From an uncultured Gammaproteobacteria bacterium (GTDB lineage Bacteria > Patescibacteriota > Patescibacteriia > Magasanikbacterales > UBA922): a stretch of DNA of 64,000 nt. The stretch is taken from positions 64,964 through 128,963 of the forward strand of contig CAZQXB010000001.1 of the NCBI GenBank assembly GCA_964597575.1, written 5' to 3'. Under the pieces are notes generated by a model. The model was given only the letters and a program-made list of their open reading frames with translations. It was not told the DNA's origin and searched no databases. Positions 58,856-64,000 of the stretch are shown in pieces. The position numbers and the translations under genes are program-made. Positions within the stretch are counted from its first letter, which is position 1. Every line of letters begins with the position of its first letter.

Positions 58856-59269
58856 TCAACGCTTGTCGTCAATATTCGCTAAACGGTGGTCATCGGCAAA
58901 GAGAACAACGCAAATTAATACGGTGGCCGCGACTGCGGGTAAAAACCAACCAACACCCACCATCATGCCAACCGCAGTGACTGCCCAGAGGCCAGCTGCT
59001 GTGGTAAGCCCCTCAATGCCACCTTCTTTGTGAAGAATTGTTCCTGCGCCAATGAACCCAATACCCACGAGAACTTGGGCTGCAATACGGGCAGTATCTG
59101 CGCCAGGGAAGCCATAGAGCGACACAAGGGTAAAAAGTGTAGCTGCAAATGCCACTAATGCATGGGTGCGGATACCAGCCTTTTTGCCAACGTGCTCACG
59201 CTGCCACCCCGTGACACCGCCCAAAATGAGTGATAAGATCATTTGGCCTAAGAAAAATGAGAAAGGCAT
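58856..59269 (-). CDS. MgtC/SapB family membrane protein
   Basis: GWQRE..GKKAGIRTH, RIAAQVLVGIGFIGAG, GLTTAAGLW; start uncertain. Confidence 0.9.
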   Translation of the reverse strand: MPFSFFLGQMILSLILGGVTGWQREHVGKKAGIRTHALVAFAATLFTLVSLYGFPGADTARIAAQVLVGIGFIGAGTILHKEGGIEGLTTAAGLWAVTAVGMMVGVGWFLPAVAATVLICVVLFADDHRLANIDDKR

Positions 59270-59342
59270 AAGAAAAGGAAAACCAAAATAATCATTTCGA
59301 TTTCTGTAGTATACTATAGTTCTCTTCTTCATTGTAGTGTGT

Positions 59343-60347
59343 ATGTCGCATGTTCAGCATATTGCCAAACACAAAGATACGTTAACCGCCCGAGCACATA
59401 TTCTTCGGTATATTCGTGAATTTTTTTGGCAGGAAGGTTTTTTAGAAATGGAGACACCCCTTCTTCTCGCACTTCCGGGCCAAGAGCCTTACCTTTCACC
59501 AATGAAGGTGGCGCTTCACAATGAAGCAAGGGTTGCCTTTACTGGTTTTTTGCATACCTCGCCTGAATACGCCCTAAAAAAAATGCTAGGAGCGGGATTT
59601 GAAAAGATTTTTTCCCTTACCAAAACATTTCGTGACTATGAAAGTTTTGGCGGCACGCATAATCCAGAGTTTACGATGATCGAGTGGTACCGGGCCAACC
59701 AAACGTTCGACTCTTTGATGGACGACTGTGAAGCGCTGTGGAAATATATTGCTGAGAAATTAGAGGATCAAAAGAAAAAAGAATTACCTTGGGAGCGCCT
59801 CCACATGCGCGAGGCTTGGAAAAAATACGCAGAGGTAGATTTAGACATCACCCTTACTCGAGACGCCATGGCCGACGCATGTACAAAGAAGGGGTACCCT
59901 GTAGCTGAAAGTGATACCTACGATGATTTATTTTTTAAGATATTTTTAAACGAAATCGAGCCAAAGCTGGGGCAGGGGAAAGCGACCATTTTACACCATT
60001 ACCCACTTTCTATGGCCGCGCTTTCCCGAGTTTCCAAAGAAGACTCGCGTTATGCGGAGCGTTTCGAGCTCTATATTGGTGGTATGGAAATCGCGAATGC
60101 ATTTGGCGAACTCACTGACGCGACAGAACAAAAAAAGCGTTTAGAAGAAGAACAGAACTTCCGTAAACGTACTGGTAAGGACGTCTATGCTCTTGATGAA
60201 GAGTTTATTGAAGCGCTTCGCACGATGCCAGAGTCTTCCGGTATTGCACTCGGGGTCGATCGCCTCATTCAGATATTTCTTGAAAAACGAAATATTGACG
60301 AAGTACTAGCGCTTCCTGCTTCGCTTTTATTCAGTAGCCAAGCTTGA
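59343..60347 (+). CDS. epmA: EF-P lysine aminoacylase EpmA/GenX
   Basis: LysRS catalytic domain only; LHTSPEY, HNPEFTMIEWYR, ERFELY, GIALGVDRL. Confidence 0.92.
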   Translation: MSHVQHIAKHKDTLTARAHILRYIREFFWQEGFLEMETPLLLALPGQEPYLSPMKVALHNEARVAFTGFLHTSPEYALKKMLGAGFEKIFSLTKTFRDYESFGGTHNPEFTMIEWYRANQTFDSLMDDCEALWKYIAEKLEDQKKKELPWERLHMREAWKKYAEVDLDITLTRDAMADACTKKGYPVAESDTYDDLFFKIFLNEIEPKLGQGKATILHHYPLSMAALSRVSKEDSRYAERFELYIGGMEIANAFGELTDATEQKKRLEEEQNFRKRTGKDVYALDEEFIEALRTMPESSGIALGVDRLIQIFLEKRNIDEVLALPASLLFSSQA

Positions 60348-60398
60348 CGAATGGGCTAAAAAACCCTACAATGGGCTGATTCATTTTGTATCTCTGTT

Positions 60399-61469
60399 AT
60401 GGCCTTATCTCTTGGAATTGTCGGACTCCCCAATGTGGGAAAATCAACGTTATTTAACGCACTCACCCGGAGCAAGCAAGCAAATGCACAAAATTATCCA
60501 TTCTGTACGATTGACCCGAATGTGGGTGTAGTCGAGGTACCAGATGCACGTTTGGCCGAACTCGCTCGTGTTTCTAGTTCAGCAAAAATTATTCCGACGA
60601 CCATTGAATTTGTTGATATTGCAGGCTTGGTCAAAGGAGCTTCAGTCGGGGAGGGCTTAGGAAATAAGTTTTTGTCACATATTCGTGAAGTTGATGCGAT
60701 TGTTCAGGTTGTTCGTGCGTTTTCTGGTGGAAACGTCATTCATGTTCATAACAAAGTAGATCCAACCAATGATGCTGAAATTATTAATCTTGAACTCGTT
60801 TTGGCTGACTTACAAACCGTATCGAAGAAATTAGACACCGTGAAGAAAAACGCCAAAGGTACTGCAGCGAAAGATGCTGAAGTGGAAATCACCGTTCTTA
60901 CTCGTGTGGAAGCCGCACTTTCCAGTGGAAAACCAGCCCGGAGTGTTGATATGGCAGAAGACGAAAAAATATTTGTGAAGCAGCTTCACCTTCTTACCTC
61001 AAAACCTATGATGTATGTGGTGAATGTTGATGAGCCAGGACAAGTACATAGTGTGCCAAAATTGTCTGACGCGCCTCAAGTGGAGGTGTGTGCGAAACTT
61101 GAAGCTGAACTCGCAGAGTTATCGATAGAAGAAGGAAAAGAGTATATGAAATCTCTTGGCATGAATGAAAGCGGACTTGATAAAATAATTGTTGCAGGGT
61201 ATTCACTCCTTAATTTGCTCACCTATCTTACCTCAGGCCCGGAAGAAACTCGTGCCTGGACGATCCCGAAAGGAACGCTCGCGCCTGAGGCGGCCGGCGT
61301 TATTCATACGGATTTTGTTAAAGGGTTTGTGAAGGCCGATGTAACCCCGTTTGATGCGTTTGTTGAGTTTGGTGGCTGGGCAGGGGTACGAAATGCTGGT
61401 AAACTACAGCTCGTTGGCCGAGATTATGAGGTGAAGGATGGTGATGTGTGCTACTTTCATATCGCCTAA
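60399..61469 (+). CDS. ychF: Redox-regulated ATPase YchF
   Basis: GIVGLPNVGKST, NYPFCTIDPN, DIAGLV, AAGVIHTDF. Confidence 0.97.
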   Translation: MALSLGIVGLPNVGKSTLFNALTRSKQANAQNYPFCTIDPNVGVVEVPDARLAELARVSSSAKIIPTTIEFVDIAGLVKGASVGEGLGNKFLSHIREVDAIVQVVRAFSGGNVIHVHNKVDPTNDAEIINLELVLADLQTVSKKLDTVKKNAKGTAAKDAEVEITVLTRVEAALSSGKPARSVDMAEDEKIFVKQLHLLTSKPMMYVVNVDEPGQVHSVPKLSDAPQVEVCAKLEAELAELSIEEGKEYMKSLGMNESGLDKIIVAGYSLLNLLTYLTSGPEETRAWTIPKGTLAPEAAGVIHTDFVKGFVKADVTPFDAFVEFGGWAGVRNAGKLQLVGRDYEVKDGDVCYFHIA

Positions 61470-61589
61470 AACGCATAGTTTTGACACATTTTTTCGTCAT
61501 CACTTCCGTTCCTCACTCGCCGTAGGTTTAACTACGCCTTGCTCCCGTACTCATTGCCCACTCGAATTGCATTCAAAATTATGCGTTTT
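61468..61589. mobile_element. MITE-like element
   Basis: 17-bp terminal IRs (16/17) AAAACGCATAGTTTTGA / TCAAAATTATGCGTTTT around ~90 bp non-coding core. Confidence 0.55.
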
Positions 61590-61625
61590 TAATAGCATAG
61601 CGCACTACCGACTTTTTTATTTTCT

Positions 61626-62354
61626 ATGGTTCGTGAACAATACAATCCGAATTACATTCATCATCATCCAGAAAAAAAAAGCGCTTCAACCATTCGAGAA
61701 CTAGTATTTGGAATGGAAGATGGAATGGTTTCAACGCTTGGATCCATAACTGGTATCGCAGCGGCCACAAAAGATCCATTTACTACTATTTTGGCCGGAC
61801 TTGTTATTATCGCGGTTGAGTCAATTTCCATGGCCGTAGGCTCTTATTTGTCGAGCAAGTCGGTTAAGGACGTGGAGGAAAGAAAACTCATGGAGGAACG
61901 GCAAGAGCTCAAAGATCATCCTGAAGGGGAAAAGAAAGAATTGGTAGCCCTTTATGTAAAGTCGGGCTGGACTCAAAAAACAGCGAAACTCATGGCTGAA
62001 GAAGCATCGGAAAATCCGAAATTATTTCTTCAAGAAATGTCGTTTCGCGAGCTTGGAATTATTCCGAGTCAAGAGGAGAATCCGGTAAAAAACGGAATCG
62101 TCATGTTATTTTCGTATGTTGCTGGTGGATGTATTCCGCTCACTGCTTTTTTCTTTCTCCCTATCCTGTATGCTATCCCTGTTGCGATTGGAATAACCCT
62201 TATTGGTTTGTTTTCACTGGGAATGTATACCGCTTCTTTTTCCAAGCGATCATGGTGGAAGGCCGGAATTGAAATGGTTGTACTTGCGTCTGCTGCAGCA
62301 GCAGTCGGCTACGGCGTTGGTCAGTTTGTTGATCGCCTGTGGCTTCACGGATAA
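61626..62354 (+). CDS. VIT1/CCC1 family metal transporter
   Basis: VFGMEDG, ISMAVGSYLS, GGCIPL. Confidence 0.9.
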   Translation: MVREQYNPNYIHHHPEKKSASTIRELVFGMEDGMVSTLGSITGIAAATKDPFTTILAGLVIIAVESISMAVGSYLSSKSVKDVEERKLMEERQELKDHPEGEKKELVALYVKSGWTQKTAKLMAEEASENPKLFLQEMSFRELGIIPSQEENPVKNGIVMLFSYVAGGCIPLTAFFFLPILYAIPVAIGITLIGLFSLGMYTASFSKRSWWKAGIEMVVLASAAAAVGYGVGQFVDRLWLHG

Positions 62355-62426
62355 AGAAAAAGTGAGGATAAAAAAGAATCACGCAATCGCGTGATTCTTT
62401 TTAGTTCATTTGAAAAAAATTTATTT

Positions 62427-63554
62427 TTATCGCGCCTTTTGTAAAAGGTACAATCTTCGTCCTACATGCTGATCAGGTCGGCGATAGAGGAGCGATTTTT
62501 TTCCAGGCAGCAATTCTTGAAGAGAAAAACCAGCTTGAGTGATTTCTGCTTCTGTTATGGAGTGAACTACGCCTTGCCGGTGAATGAACTCAGGAAAAAC
62601 AATAGCGATAAATGCTTTCTCTTTAAGAACGTTGCGGAGGGCTTGAAGTGCATCAACATATAGGCTTTGTAATTCCTTCGCTTGTTTCCGTAATTCCACC
62701 ATAGTTTCGTGGCCTCGGAGAGGCTCCCCGAGAAATGGTTCAGTAACGACAGCATCAATTGTGCCCGGAGGAATTTGTTTTTGAATTGCTCGAACATCGC
62801 TTTTGAATATTTCACAAGTCGCGCCAATGCCCTGCTGTTCTTTGACCCATGCTGTGTTTATTTTGGTGTCTTCAACTGCTTTTGAAGAAAGGTCGGCTCC
62901 AAAAATTCGCTGAACCCCAAGAGTGAGGGCTTCCATAAGGATGGTGCCGGAACCACAAAAGGGATCGAGAAGGAAAGAGCTTTTTTCTACCCTTCCGAGG
63001 TTTAACATCATGCGCGCAAGTTTTGGAGGGAGCATTCCAGAAGTAGCATCGCTTTGTGGGCGGCCAAAATCACGTGTCCCAAAAGCCTCAAATGGTTGAA
63101 GAGCGACCGTGCGGTACACCTTTTTTTGAAACACCGTAAAGTCGGTGCCAGATTCAACGAGTTTATTGTACGCAATGGAGGCGCTATTTTTTATTTCTAC
63201 TGCTCGAACAGAACGGCCAAGTGTTCTGAGGTGCTTTTTTATGGTGAGGGCGGTCGGAGGAGGGAGTTCGCCGCTAATTGCAAAGCTGAGTTTGCTTTCT
63301 TTCTTATGGGTGAGCAGGGCTTCGCTGATCGTCTCCTCAGGAGACATAGTAGAATCAATTCCCTCACTTATTTTTACAATACCACCCAGTCGATTCATAA
63401 GTTCTGCGGCTGGAAGCATTTTTTGGGTAGTAAGGAGGGCAAAAGAAGAGCCTGCGAGGGTGGGTGTTTCTGAAATATCAAAAAGACCGAGTACGGCAAT
63501 AAGTTCCGCTAGCGATATTTCCGGCTCGCGACCAAGAGAAAATAAGTATTGCAT
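62427..63554 (-). CDS. Trm11-like SAM-dependent RNA methyltransferase
   Basis: RDFGRP, GMLPPKLARMM, LDPFCGSGT, VTEPFLG. Confidence 0.8.
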   Translation of the reverse strand: MQYLFSLGREPEISLAELIAVLGLFDISETPTLAGSSFALLTTQKMLPAAELMNRLGGIVKISEGIDSTMSPEETISEALLTHKKESKLSFAISGELPPPTALTIKKHLRTLGRSVRAVEIKNSASIAYNKLVESGTDFTVFQKKVYRTVALQPFEAFGTRDFGRPQSDATSGMLPPKLARMMLNLGRVEKSSFLLDPFCGSGTILMEALTLGVQRIFGADLSSKAVEDTKINTAWVKEQQGIGATCEIFKSDVRAIQKQIPPGTIDAVVTEPFLGEPLRGHETMVELRKQAKELQSLYVDALQALRNVLKEKAFIAIVFPEFIHRQGVVHSITEAEITQAGFSLQELLPGKKSLLYRRPDQHVGRRLYLLQKAR

Positions 63555-63608
63555 ATGGTGAAGGGCAACTGTAGTCGCTTTCTGGTGTTCTGTCAATCTA
63601 AAACTATA

Positions 63609-64000
63609 CTATATTTCGGGATTCACACTTGGTTGGGGGCTTACTGGGGTCGGAGGTCGGGGATTTGAAACCCCACTTGTTGCTTGAGGGGTGATGGATG
63701 GAGGGGCGTTTTGGGGGGCTGTAGTTGTAATAAGCATAGCCGACGTTGATGTGCTTGCTGGGTAAAAAGGGTCGTGGCTTGGCATTTTTGTTTGGGCCGC
63801 TGCTTTTTCTCGCCATGCTTTTTCCGCATTATCAAGGCCGCGAAAATCAATCACCTGAACTTGGAGAGGTTCGGTAATATCGAGGTTTTCGGTGGTTCCA
63901 ATAGGAATGTAGACATTTCGGTACAAAAAGAAAAGGGTAAAAATGGAGCCGAGAATAAAAAGAGTCCCAGCTCCAATACCGATCCATTTAAGTGTTTGGA
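63609..64000 (-). CDS. Hypothetical membrane-anchored protein (5'-truncated by window)
   Basis: Open frame with hydrophobic stretch near window end; RDPF-like motif and Pro/Ser/Thr tail. Confidence 0.5.
   Translation of the reverse strand, partial: QTLKWIGIGAGTLFILGSIFTLFFLYRNVYIPIGTTENLDITEPLQVQVIDFRGLDNAEKAWREKAAAQTKMPSHDPFYPASTSTSAMLITTTAPQNAPPSITPQATSGVSNPRPPTPVSPQPSVNPEI

Overview
This is an origin-proximal chromosomal window of a small-genome bacterium that uses genetic code 11. Gene content and style suggest Patescibacteria/CPR, probably Parcubacteria/ABY1-like (inference). Housekeeping genes include dnaA-dnaN with a recognisable oriC unwinding module, rpmH-rnpA-yidD displaced about 21 kb from dnaA, polA, holA, ruvB, nrdJ, efp/epmA, tig, ychF, tkt, pgi and gdhA, plus 8 tRNAs. 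Accessory DNA comprises a complete IS1595-family cargo transposon (8-bp TSD) inserted into an array of its own end sequences, a tRNA-Leu-linked low-GC island (HEPN-like and PD-(D/E)XK nuclease candidates), and a diheme cytochrome c lipoprotein. The most unusual signal is a family of ~200-bp non-coding cassettes behind tRNA-Leu, -Phe, -Pro and -Cys. They share conserved structured cores, but each carries an antisense copy and a direct copy of its own host tRNA's T-arm/3' end. Also notable are a ~390-nt stand-alone structured RNA candidate with a consensus promoter and terminator, and a recurrent 22-bp palindrome that co-occurs with DnaA-box and parS clusters.
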